A DNA stretch of 30,932 nt from Histomonas meleagridis 2922-C6/04-290x. Taxonomy: Eukaryota; Protista; Parabasalia. Below are positions 9,618 through 20,309 of the stretch, piece by piece. The position numbers and the translations under genes are program-made. The first letter of the stretch is position 1. Each line of letters opens with the position of its first letter. A model generated the notes under the pieces. That model had not been told where the DNA came from, did not search any database, and worked only from the letters and a program-made list of their open reading frames with translations. The stretch lies in the NCBI GenBank assembly GCA_020184695.1, contig JAANOX010000010.1:1-30932 (forward strand), given 5' to 3'.

Positions 9618-9915
9618 TTATAAAAATGAAGTTTGCCATGAGACCAAACAATAACCGTCGTTTTTTGACTACTAACCTCCTGGCAAAGATAAATTGAATA
9701 GGATAAATGTCCGACCAAAGATAACCGGGGACAATTCGTGTTGGTTATGTGAGGTTTTTGATAGGTTTATGCGAAAAGTGGTGCTAAAAGTGCTATCGTT
9801 CCTATCAAAAAGTTTCGCGTTCTCTCAAAATTGAATGCGCATTCAAATTTTCAGACGAATTGTATGGCTCACAAAAATCATTTTGATTTTTGTTGCGAGC
9901 GGAGCGAGCACACTC

Positions 9916-9992
9916 GGGGGATTGGAGGGGTCTGAGGCCTCCGGAGGGGTCCGAAGGGCACCTCCGGAGGCCTCAGACCCCTCCAATCCCCC
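9916..9992. repeat. perfect GC-rich hairpin, 32-bp arms, 13-nt loop
   Basis: 9916-9947 is the exact reverse complement of 9961-9992. Confidence 0.95.
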
Positions 9993-10006
9993 CAATAAAA
10001 ACTTAA

Positions 10007-10084
10007 GGTCGGGAATAATCACGAGGACCCTAGGGGCCCCGCCGGGGGGCGGGGCCCCTAGGGTCCTCGTGATTATTCCCGACC
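10007..10084. repeat. perfect GC-rich hairpin, 37-bp arms, 4-nt loop
   Basis: 10007-10043 is the exact reverse complement of 10048-10084; lies 16 bp from the element terminus. Confidence 0.95.
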
Positions 10085-10434
10085 GCATTATATACCTACC
10101 AAAAACACATTATTCAAATCATAAATAAATAAAAATTGATACTTATTTTTCCCTACATTTTCAAATATGATTATAATTATAATTTGATTGATATGATATC
10201 AGAATTTTATTTAAATTCTCCTGCTGAGTTCTGAAAAAAAGTTGTTAAAATATGCATATAAAACATGTTTTCTTCTACCAACGATTATTTTTCATACAAA
10301 AAGTATATAACCGTTCTTTTTTTTTTTTTTATTTATTTATTTTTATTTTTTTTTCTTTTGAATATCGCAAATCGTTCAGTTGAAATAAAATGAATTCATC
10401 AAAATCTAGAGTGGCATCAATAAGGGGATTGACT

Positions 10435-12056
10435 CGGTAAAAACCTAGTTGACCCATGTTATCTTTTGAAAATTAAAAAATTTTAAACAATTTTTTGTCG
10501 AGATTTTATAAAAAAAAATAATCTTTTATTCATAACTTTGTTCTCTTCTTATTTTTTGATAAGACCAAGAAATCTGGTGAATTTCTGAAGTGCCGTACTC
10601 GATCAGCATACCTCTCATCAACCTTGATGTAGAGGATATTGTCATTCTGAGAATATTCTGTTAGAAGTCCTCCTTTCCGAAAGGCATTTACAACGCATCT
10701 TGGAACAGTAGACATTATATATTATGAATCATAAATCCTTATAACTTCCCATGTTTGAGGAGAAAGTGTTGAATCAAGATATATGTTGGCCATTTTTCCC
10801 TTAATGATTTGCAAAAAGACCGATGTCAAAAAATTGCAATTGATCGCTCGAATGCAAAGGAATATATCTAAGATATACATTGTTCTCGGATAAATAGTCA
10901 TCAATACCATCGGTTCCATGGCACGAACACCCATCAAGGATTAGAATTGCTGGACCATCATATCCAGTTATTTGTCGTCTTATTTGCAAATCTTTCAAGT
11001 AACAATCATCCAACCATTTCTTAAATATCCTTGCATTGATATACCCAGTATCGCTTTTGGAATATGTTATTTTATCTGTTGTGTATCCCAGCTGAAGTAA
11101 TTCCAAATCAACTGTTTCTCTTTGAATAACAATTAGTGGCTTGATAACTGAACCATCTGCAACTATTGCAGCAATCATTGTGTGGTGATCCACATTAACA
11201 TCTTGCTCAATTGGAATTTCATTTCCAACATATTCCATCGGTACAACACAAGAAACATCGCGATCAAGTTCGCGTCCACCAAAGCCTACTTCATCAACAT
11301 TTACAACAAATGATGCTGGTATTGGAAATTCAAATGTTTCATGAAATTGCTTGAACCATTCATCTATTTGGCTTTCATCGCAGTGGACACGATCTGCTTC
11401 CATTTATGTCCCCTTGATCAACCTGAATAACTGCGAGTTAGATATCATATGCCTTACAGATTCTGGAGTTAGAATCATTTCGAAAGCATTAAAAACGAAA
11501 TTAACTGTTCTTTGTATTGTGCATTGGGTCTTCTGGTTATATTGTGAAGAAATGTAACTACTTAATCTTTCCATTTGTTGATCATTAAGTATAGATGGAT
11601 GCCCAATATTTCCAGGTTCTCCATTCCACTTGCAATAAGAACTTATTACATTAAAAATCCTTTGTTTAGATACACCAAAAAAATCTTCCCAATGTCTGAC
11701 ATCGAAAGTTCTCTTTCTTTTCCATTATAATAGAGGTTATATATTTGCTCACGCTTTGAGGATGCATTAGAGTTCCATTGTAATATTTCATATGCAATCT
11801 TTGCTTTGTCCGGACAAAACAGATAGACTGCCCCAAGGTCTAATTGATCAAGAGTACACGGATTCTCAAGAATGCTTCTGCTGTGTGGAAACTGAAAGTA
11901 TTCTTCGGGTTTCTCCAGCATCCGAACATTTAATAAAGTGAAAAAACGCTAGAAGATTTTGATCGTATCACAAATTTTAAATGCATCAATCTCAATTTTT
12001 AACTTTTTCAAAACTTTGTCAATAATAATTTGTCACAGTCAACTAGGTTTTTGCTG
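10435..12056 (-). mobile_element. pogo/Tc5-like DNA transposon relic
   Basis: Inverted 19-bp ends (CGGTAAAAACCTAGTTGAC at 10435-10453; GTCAACTAGGTTTTTGCTG at 12038-12056 followed by TA); the left TA is not preserved. Confidence 0.6.
10530..11921 (-). pseudogene. DDE_1-type transposase, fragmented
   Basis: NVDEVGF, LILDGCSCH and PLHSSDQLQFFD motifs in ORF 10801-11403; flanking fragments 11646-11921 and 10530-10715. Confidence 0.8.
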
Positions 12057-12394
12057 TAACTCTGTTTGTATTTTTTGAAATTGGTAACGAATGCATAATA
12101 TACCTATTTGAAAATTCAATATTTTTTAGAATTAACCTATATACATTCCAGGATAAGATAAAAACATTCATTGGCCGACGAAAGCACTTTCGAATTTCCA
12201 ATTTTTTGTCTAGACGATGAATTCTGAAAAAACTCACGCGCTAAGAATTATTTTTATCTTAACATTTTAAAATAGCAGCAACTTTATGGATTCTATCTGA
12301 TATTACCTATATATGATGGATTTAATTCAATAAAAACAGAGCTTTTATATTGAAATTAGGATGAAAAAGATTTGTATAGTTTACTCATGTCGAA

Positions 12395-14362
12395 TTGCTG
12401 ATGATTTTTTTATGTTTTTTTGCTCTACCATTGATGGTAATTTTGGATGACTATATTCCAAGTTCAGAATTTTCAAATGAGTGGAGTGGGAAAACAATGG
12501 GGGACAATGTTTTTATTGGAACAGCAGATGGATGTTTTCATTGCATTAATATTATTACAGGGGAATTAATGTGGTCTATAAACACTGGTGGCTCAGTATT
12601 TCGTTCGTCTGATAAAAAACAAAGTGCTTTTATACCAACAATTGATGGATTTTTATTTCGATTTATTGAAGGTTATGGATATCGTCGTGTCCCTTTATCG
12701 ATACGTGATCTTGTATTTTTTTCTCCGTATCAAACTGACACTGAAATATACTTATCTACCAAGTCTGTTCAAGTATTTTTTATTGATTCCAATGGCAAAA
12801 TAATATCAACGTTTCAATCCACCTCCACCTCGACTGGGATACCATTTAATAGAAGCTGTGTCACAGTTGCACGTGTTGATTATATTTTAAATGTTATTAC
12901 TGATAATGATAATAGCAAATTAATCAAATATTCTTCATTTGAAATTCTATCTGGAGCACCGACGAGTGGGCCTATTCATCGGGTACAACTTAAAACCACT
13001 TTTTTAGGCTCTATTACCATATCAGTTAATGATACAATAATTTCAAACTTAAAGTTAAAAGGATTTCCAATTTGTGTAATTGGCTCTTTTGACAAATTTA
13101 AGTTTCGGATGAGTTCCAACGATGAACCATTAGAGCCTGAAACGGCCACAATGGTGATCATCGAAGGGATTCAAGTTGTTGTACCCTCCGTACCACTTGA
13201 TAAACTAAAGGAATCCGACGTGCTCGATGACAACATCGACTTAGGCATCATTAATGAGAAACAGCCATTCTTTGCATTTCGTTCGTTTACATTTGCAAAT
13301 GGCGAATCACTTGACGACGAACAATTTCATTATGTTATCATCTCTAAGAAATTTTCGTACAATTTTTTTTCTTTAATTTGTTTTTTAACATATTCTGCGA
13401 TGCGTATTATCCAATATTTAATGAAACGCTTAAAAGACACAATAGATGCGTCAATACGTATCATTGTAAATGAGAATAATCCTGAAATAGGAACATTTAA
13501 TAATGCAAATTGTAGTATTGTTAAAACTAAAAATACCGATGAAATAATATTAAAAGCGTTAAGCGAAATGAACATCCCTGGAATACCTAAGATAATTGCG
13601 TATGAAATTGATGGCGATGAAACGACAATAGCTTTACAACCTGTTGTAAAATATAATTTCAAAAATTTCGATGCCCAAAATTTCTTACGTAAAACAATCG
13701 AAACACTTTCGTCGTTGTTTAAGTATGGATATGTTCATGGATCTATACGACATGATTCATTTTTCGCAGATGTTGATGGTAACCCATTAATTGGAGGCAT
13801 CGAAAACACTGCGCATCCTTCAATCGACGAAGAAGAGCGTGCTAAAGATATATACTCGATTAAAGAAGTTTTATCTTTGTATCCAATTAAGGATTACCTT
13901 TTGGATGACTTGTTAAGTGAAATGGGCCTTGATGATTACAGAGAACGGCCAACGCCTTCTGAAATACTAAGGCATCCGTTCTTTATCTCGGGGCTGCAAA
14001 AGCTGAACATCATTTCACACGCAAGTGAGTTTTTGCAGTCAAAAAAGGCTCGAGAAAAGCAATTGTTACAAATATTCGAATCACAAAGTAGATACATAAT
14101 CGGACTGAATTGGATGAACTTCTTGAATAAAGAGCTGGTGGATGAGGCAACAAAACATTGCGATTATTCAGGTGAATCAATCGCAGATTTAATTAGATTC
14201 ATGAGAAATAAATGGGCACATTCGCCAACGTTGCCAAAAAGTGGTAATGATAAAGCAGAGAGAGTGTCGGCTGATGAATACTTCGCGTTCTTTCATAACT
14301 TGTATCCTAATCTGTTTTTATATTTGTATTATTTTATTGATAAATATGAGGTTTTGAATTAA
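12395..14362 (+). CDS. IRE1: IRE1-like type I membrane protein: luminal domain, TM helix, degenerate kinase, KEN RNase domain
   Basis: Hydrophobic N-terminus (likely start at ATG 12401). Luminal motifs GTADG..H.I...TGE..W and IPTIDG.L...VPLSIRDLV..SP. TM segment FFSLICFLTYSAM. RPTPSEILRHPFF. KEN motif DLIRFMRNKWAH and YF.FF...YP.LF. Confidence 0.85.
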   Translation: MLMIFLCFFALPLMVILDDYIPSSEFSNEWSGKTMGDNVFIGTADGCFHCINIITGELMWSINTGGSVFRSSDKKQSAFIPTIDGFLFRFIEGYGYRRVPLSIRDLVFFSPYQTDTEIYLSTKSVQVFFIDSNGKIISTFQSTSTSTGIPFNRSCVTVARVDYILNVITDNDNSKLIKYSSFEILSGAPTSGPIHRVQLKTTFLGSITISVNDTIISNLKLKGFPICVIGSFDKFKFRMSSNDEPLEPETATMVIIEGIQVVVPSVPLDKLKESDVLDDNIDLGIINEKQPFFAFRSFTFANGESLDDEQFHYVIISKKFSYNFFSLICFLTYSAMRIIQYLMKRLKDTIDASIRIIVNENNPEIGTFNNANCSIVKTKNTDEIILKALSEMNIPGIPKIIAYEIDGDETTIALQPVVKYNFKNFDAQNFLRKTIETLSSLFKYGYVHGSIRHDSFFADVDGNPLIGGIENTAHPSIDEEERAKDIYSIKEVLSLYPIKDYLLDDLLSEMGLDDYRERPTPSEILRHPFFISGLQKLNIISHASEFLQSKKAREKQLLQIFESQSRYIIGLNWMNFLNKELVDEATKHCDYSGESIADLIRFMRNKWAHSPTLPKSGNDKAERVSADEYFAFFHNLYPNLFLYLYYFIDKYEVLN

Positions 14363-14818
14363 TAAAATAAGAATAAATATGGAATAGAAATTTAATGTTA
14401 TTAATAAATATATATTATAATATTTATGGTAATTTTTTCTTTTAATATTTGGTGTTCGTACCGACTTTATTTCCATGAATAAACATATTTATGGATCAAA
14501 CATAATGGTTTAGACGGTTTAGAAATCTCTGATGAAATTGGTTGCGATGCAACGCCTTCCATTTTGCGGTTTATGAGCGATATAGATTTGAAAGGAAAAA
14601 AAATGGCGAATCTCGAATTAATTCAAATTCGCGACACTTCACTTTTATAAAAGTGACATTTTATCGAAAAAGTGACATTTAATCCACATGCCAAAATTAG
14701 CCATTAATTCGTTACGATATTATAAGGGTAGAGCATTTAAAGAAATTATAGTATTACCCGACAATTCAGCAGTTAGTTGATTATGCATTTTTTTTCTATT
14801 ATCTTCCATCATTTGGAA

Positions 14819-14820
<2 letters not shown>

Positions 14821-14855
<35 letters not shown>
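14821..14855. repeat. (AT)n microsatellite, 35 bp
   Basis: Direct reading. Confidence 0.95.
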
Positions 14856-14856
<1 letters not shown>

Positions 14857-14925
14857 CATTAGCAAGTAATAGTATTACTCAACAATTTTATTGTTATTAA
14901 TCATCCTTTTTATATTCTCTTCCAA

Positions 14926-16302
14926 ATGATTATTTTTGTGAAATCAAAATATCACAAAAAAGTGATTTTTCATCAAGATAAAAATTTATCTTTATCTGTG
15001 GATCAAAATATTTTACAATCAATTAGAAAACATGATAAATATCTTCAAAAAAATTTTATTGATTATATTATTAATAATTTTGGCGGTTCAATTATTATAT
15101 ATTTAACAAAAATATATTCAAAATAATTAGTAAAAATTAATGAGACTGACTATGTTTTTGGATTATCTTGGATTTTTCCTTGGGCAGCTTCTACATTATA
15201 TAGTATTAATTACAGTTGTTTTATGATAGATGCCACATTTATAGCTATAAAGCCTTATACATTGTCAATATTAATTATCATTATAAATAATGAATCAATT
15301 CCTATAGGTTTGTCTATTTCTCCTACCGAAACATCAAATTCTTATGGGAGATTATGGAATTATTAGATAAATTGCTGTAGAAATTTTAAATTGTTTTATC
15401 AAGAACAATATATTTTTAGCAGATATTGGTTCTGCTATTAAAAAATTTATTGAGAATAATAATTCAAATATTAAATATTGCCATCGCCATTTTATAGAAA
15501 AATTTGGTTCTGCAAGTATGATTGGAAATTGGATTTCAAGAATTATTAATACTTTCAATCCACATGAATTTCAAATGATTACTTATTATTAAAAATGTAT
15601 CACAAATAATTTTGAATTCGAAAATTCAAAAAAATTTCGATAATGAAAAATTTCAAAATTTTTTAATGGTTTTGGGTGTGAAAGAATCAGATTTTATACA
15701 TAATATTGATAGGTGGGCAAAATGGTTAAGACCTGGATGTCCTACCACTACTAATTCTTTAGAATCGATCCATAGTCATATTAATTCGACAATTCCATTT
15801 AAAGGTACTTTTATAGAAAAATTAAAGAATGTAAAAAATGTATTGTGGAATAGATTTAATTCAAGAAATGAATGGCACGGCAAAAACTTAATTAAATATA
15901 TAAATAAATTAAAAAAAGATGGTAGTAATGAACAAAAATTATTGGGGAATTGTACTTGTGGAGTATGAATTTTACTCCAAATTATATCAAAATAAGCATA
16001 TTCCATGTAAACATACAAATGTAGATTTCTGCAATAAATTTAAAAATTTAAAATTAGATTCTTTGGAAATTGTTGATAATGTGCTAATTATAAATATTGT
16101 AGAAACTCAGATTATCAATGAACCACTCCCTGAAAATTGGAATGATAAAAACAAAAATAATAATGGTAATACTGAAGTTATACGTAAAAAAAAAGCTCCA
16201 GTGGTACTAAATTCTCCAAGTTCACAATTTGCATGGGATATTATTTATTCCATCAAAAATATCATTAAAAAAAGTATGTGGAATGAAAAATGCATTCCAT
16301 AA
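14926..16302 (+). pseudogene. MULE transposase, degraded
   Basis: IDATFIAIKPY...NNESIPIG...PTET (first D), CHRHFIEKFG (CxxH), TTNSLESIHSHIN (E), CTCG...IPCKH (SWIM-like) across broken frames. Confidence 0.8.
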
Positions 16303-16516
16303 TAAGTATTGTTATTGAAAATGGTACAAATGTAGATATTGGTAATGTCCAGCAGTTAGCTTTATGGAGAATCAAAAGTTACATATTTGTTGGTATAGAA
16401 TTTGTATAATGATTACAATAAATAAAAATAAATAAATAATAAATAAAAATAAATTAAAAAATATAAAATAATTTTTTATTCATTGAAATATATATTTGAG
16501 ATATTGAATCAAATGT

Positions 16517-16680
16517 AAAGATCAAATATTGTGTGAAAGATCAAACCTTGTAAAAGATCAAATAATGTGTGAAAGATCAAACCTTGTAAAAGATCAAATA
16601 ATGTGTAAAAGATCAAACCATGTGAAAGACCAAATAATGTGTAAAAGATCAAATTCAAATCATATATAAAAGACCAAATC
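16517..16680. repeat. tandem repeat, 36-bp dimeric unit (AAAGATCAAATAATGTGTG + AAAGATCAAACCTTGTA), ~4.5 copies
   Basis: Direct reading; subterminal within MULE relic 1. Confidence 0.88.
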
Positions 16681-17302
16681 AAGTGTGCGATGTAATGTGT
16701 TTCAGGTTGCAAAATGATAATAAATTTTGGCAGTCTAATAATTGTATCAAAACAATCATTCAGTTGATAACCATATAATATCGATTCAAATATAATAGGT
16801 GTATTGAGACATTTAGTTAGTCGACTTTTTGATAAAATGTCACTTTTTAAAAGTGAAGTGTCGCGAATTCGAATTAATTCAAGATTTCCCGCATAAATGA
16901 TTTAACATGTCAATTTAAATATTTTTGAATGCTTATCTGCTCCGGTATTCTGACAGTTGTTACGGCGCGGGAAAATGATAATTCAATTCGTACAATGAAT
17001 AATGTAAACATTGATAATTTACAAACGTTGCTTTGAATTAAGTGAAGAAAATATTCAAAAACATTCTTCTCTATTTATAGAAATATCAAACGATCAAAAA
17101 ATGATCCATTATCATGTAATATAGTAGTGTATATTAATTACCCAGACTCCAGCGATATATATGTAATATGTGTAATATATATATATAGAATAATTTCATG
17201 ATTCGCACTGAATAAATTTATTTTCTCATTTTAAAAAGTGACAAAAATCGACTCTTGCATAATTTATATCGAACGATAGCAGCAACAATAAGTGAAGATA
17301 GG

Positions 17303-20080
17303 AGCGAATTTGAATGATGGTAAATATTATCAATATTCTATTCTATTTTCGAAAAGGCGGTGTGATCTTTAATTCAAATTTTGGCATCAAAGACCTCATA
17401 GATTATTTTGAATTGATGCATTGAGATGATTCTTTCAGAAAAAGTGGACCATCTAGAGGGATCCCTCAGTTGCCCAGACGTCAGTTTATATTTTTTTATA
17501 TGATTATTCAAAGAAGGAGTATAAAGCCAAAGAATAATTACTTTATTTTTGATATTGTAGAGGACCAAGATCGAAAAGAAATAACGAGTACATCATTAGG
17601 AAGTACCAATGTTATGTTTCATATAATGCATCGAATTTCTCTTGCTGATGGATGGGATGTTTTTAAGCTTCTCAATTGTCTTTCTTATTTTCCTGCTGAT
17701 TTTTCATCAAAGAAAGTTCATAGAACGACCAAAGATGGTTTTAACAAAGTTATTAAAATCAAAAAAGACAATGTGATTTACTTTGAAGCTTATGTAACAA
17801 ATGGACTTGAAAAGCAAGCAGTATTTCTAAAAAATTGGGTTAATTGGATTGAACGAAATGGTTTTCATTATTGTGTAAAAAAATTAAAATGGTCCCTTGA
17901 AAAAGATACTCATCATCTTTTTTTAATATTTGCAAAATATTTTACACATACTGATAAAGCACCTTGTTATATTTTTCATGCTGTTTTTATAGGATTATTC
18001 AAAAGGCCTGGAAGATATGATAAAGATCTTGCAGAAGAAACTGTAGAAGGAAAATTACAAAATATAGCAAAATCTTTACCAGGGTATGTTGAAATCGTTC
18101 TTCAAGATTATGTAGAAGGTGGATTCATTGTTGAAGATGTAGAAGTACTTCACATGAGTTTGTTCATGGGTTGAAAATAGAATCAAACAAACTCATTATA
18201 TCGAATTAGATGCATCCTTCAAGGCCACGAAGCCTTACTGTTATTGTTGCATCAATAGTATTCGGAACAATGAATCGGTTCCAATAGCTTTATCAATTGA
18301 AATGAAAGGAAATTCACATCTTTACGAAAATGTTTACTGTGGTATTGAGTCATTTGGAATTAGTTCTGAATTATTAAATTCCATTCTAATTTTGTCAAAT
18401 ATGGGAAAAGGAATCATAAAATTTTAAAAATAAATAAATTTTACACATTTCTTTTGTCATCGACATATTCTTGAAGTTTTTGGCAATCCAATTTTAAGGA
18501 ACTGGGTACTCAGATTGCTTGAATGTGTCAAAGAAGAACAATATATACGACTTTGTCCTCAAATTTCAGAAGAAATTTCGATTTGGTGCAGTCAATTGGA
18601 ACCTGAATCAATACCAGAAAAAATTAATTTAATATATAAGATGCTTGACATCAATTCATCTCATTTACAATATAATGTATGGGCCTTATGGGAAAGAATC
18701 GGATTTCATGTAGGTCGCTGCACGAATCACAGTGAATCCTTTCATCATGTAATTAATTCACATTGTTTCATTCGAAATAATTTTTTGGATAGAGCGATAG
18801 GCATTACTAAAATGATAATTAAAAAATATACAAAACAAGGAGAAGTTCATGGACGAACAATAAAGGATCGATTTTGGAAATATTCGCAATTTAAATCCAC
18901 AGCAATAACAAAAGGATGGGATCTTTCTAAGTATTCATTAGATCATTGTGAGTGTGGTTGGAATGATTATTATTCAAGTATCTTAGGTGTGAGATTTCCA
19001 TGTATACATGATATTTTTAATAATATATTCAATAGAGCACCATCACCACCAGAGCTAATTATAGAATCTTATTCACAAATAAATGAAGTAAAATTAATAG
19101 AAACACAAAAAATAAGAAATCTTCCGAGAATATCAAATGAAATAGATACAACAAAAATGCCATTAGAATCTAATGATGAAGAAATTTCTCACAAGGTATC
19201 AAGCTTTGTATATGATAGTCCAAATACAAAATATGCCAAAGAAGAATTCTGGAAAGTGGTTCGCGAACTGAAGGTGATGTATAAAATTGATAAACATGAT
19301 GCAATTGATATTGTTAAGAATGAGTTTGCGCAGTGGGGATTAAATAATGAGCAAACTGCTTCAATAACTAATATTGCTCATTTTAGAATTTCTTGTTGGA
19401 GTGTTGGGATTAAGTTTAAGGAAAAAAGAGATAAAAGCCAACGACAAAGTAACAGTGATACACATTCTTAAAGTCTTTCACATATGAATAAACATCGAAG
19501 GTGAATAACAAATATTTTTGTTTCAATACATAGTTTTGAGATTTAGTAATATACTTTCGATGACAAATGCATTCATTGCACGATAAAAAGAACAGTAAGC
19601 TCGAGGAAGATAAATAAATTTTTTCATTCTAATAATATAGTATATAAAAGCTTTGAAATATTCAGATTTGGTGATAATACAATTATCTTTGGCTCTTCAA
19701 AGCCTTGTTTTGGTCTGAAAACGAGTGACAATCAATTTTAAAACACTATGGTAGATAGTTAACTAAATCAGCGAGTATATTATTTTATTAAAAACTTTTG
19801 TGTTTAAAGCGGCGTTCATATTTAGTTCTTGGTAAACAATAAGGTTCTTTCATTATTTTCTATTAATCTTCGTGAAGTCCAATCATTTGATAAGTCCGAG
19901 AAACATGTTCTAGAAAAAATGGTTTTTGGCGCTCAATAAACCGCGAACAAACTATCAGAAAAAATATTTCAATGCATTAATTCATAATATTCTATAAAGT
20001 CTTTGATGCCGAAATTTCAATTAAACATCACTCGTTCTTCGAAAAGATACGTTGTTTATTTCTATCATCGTAATTTGTAA
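17303..20080 (+). mobile_element. Mutator-like (MULE) element relic 2 (ends approximate)
   Basis: Diverged long TIRs (~17303-17435 vs ~19960-20080; shared core AAATTT.GGCATCAAAGAC...ATAGA.TATT.TGAATT.ATGCATTGA). Confidence 0.7.
17470..19471 (+). pseudogene. MULE transposase, frameshifted
   Basis: ELDASFKATKPY...NNESVPIA (~18205), CHRHILEVFG, CTNHSESFHHVIN, CECG...RFPCIH. Confidence 0.82.
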
Positions 20081-20309
20081 ACAGCCAAATCAAATGATAT
20101 ATGGTTTGTAGTTATAAAATAAAATTGGTGAAATTTTATCATAGAATCGTGATTTGTTACCTATTTTAAAAAATTATATGAAATTTTGATTTCCTCTAAT
20201 TTATGAATTTTATAAAAAAATGAATGATATGATAATTTTTGTAATACCTTAATTATGTACTTATTTAATTCGATTAATAATTTATAATCTATAAAATAGT
20301 TTCTGTGTA

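Larger units (their letters stand above)
1..10100. mobile_element. Maverick/Polinton-like endogenous virus, copy A (left part outside window, internally deleted, decaying)
   Basis: Cluster of an A32-like packaging ATPase, rve integrase fragment, putative capsid genes and fibre. It ends in a ~480-bp TIR (terminus ...TATACCTACC at 10100) whose inverted counterpart begins at 28194. Confidence 0.85.
9620..10100. repeat. right terminal inverted repeat of copy A (~480 bp)
   Basis: Aligns in inverted orientation with 28194-28610 along its length; shared terminus 5'-GGTAGGTATATAATGCGGTCGGGA. Confidence 0.9.
14605..16890 (+). mobile_element. Mutator-like (MULE) element relic 1
   Basis: ~68-bp TIRs (14605-14672 vs 16824-16890, sharing GAATTAATTC.AATTCGCGACACTTCACTTTT.....GTGACATTTTATC); no TSD recognisable. 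Confidence 0.8.

Noticed and set aside
9895-9910. GCGAGCGGAGCGAGC resembling the AAV Rep-binding GAGC repeats next to a hairpin
   Set aside because: Short, imperfect, in GC-rich DNA, and no HUH/Rep gene is visible; not supportable.
9835-10128. Overlapping ORFs 9835-10128(+) and 9843-10088(-) encoding near-identical peptides
   Set aside because: Artefact of the perfect GC-rich palindromes in the TIR.
12588-13662. Short alternative-frame and antisense ORFs within the IRE1-like gene
   Set aside because: Shadow ORFs without motifs or promoter context.
16517-16680. 36-bp periodic repeat as a possible CRISPR array
   Set aside because: No unique spacers, no cas genes, eukaryotic context. ORF 16509-16712 is a by-product of the repeat.
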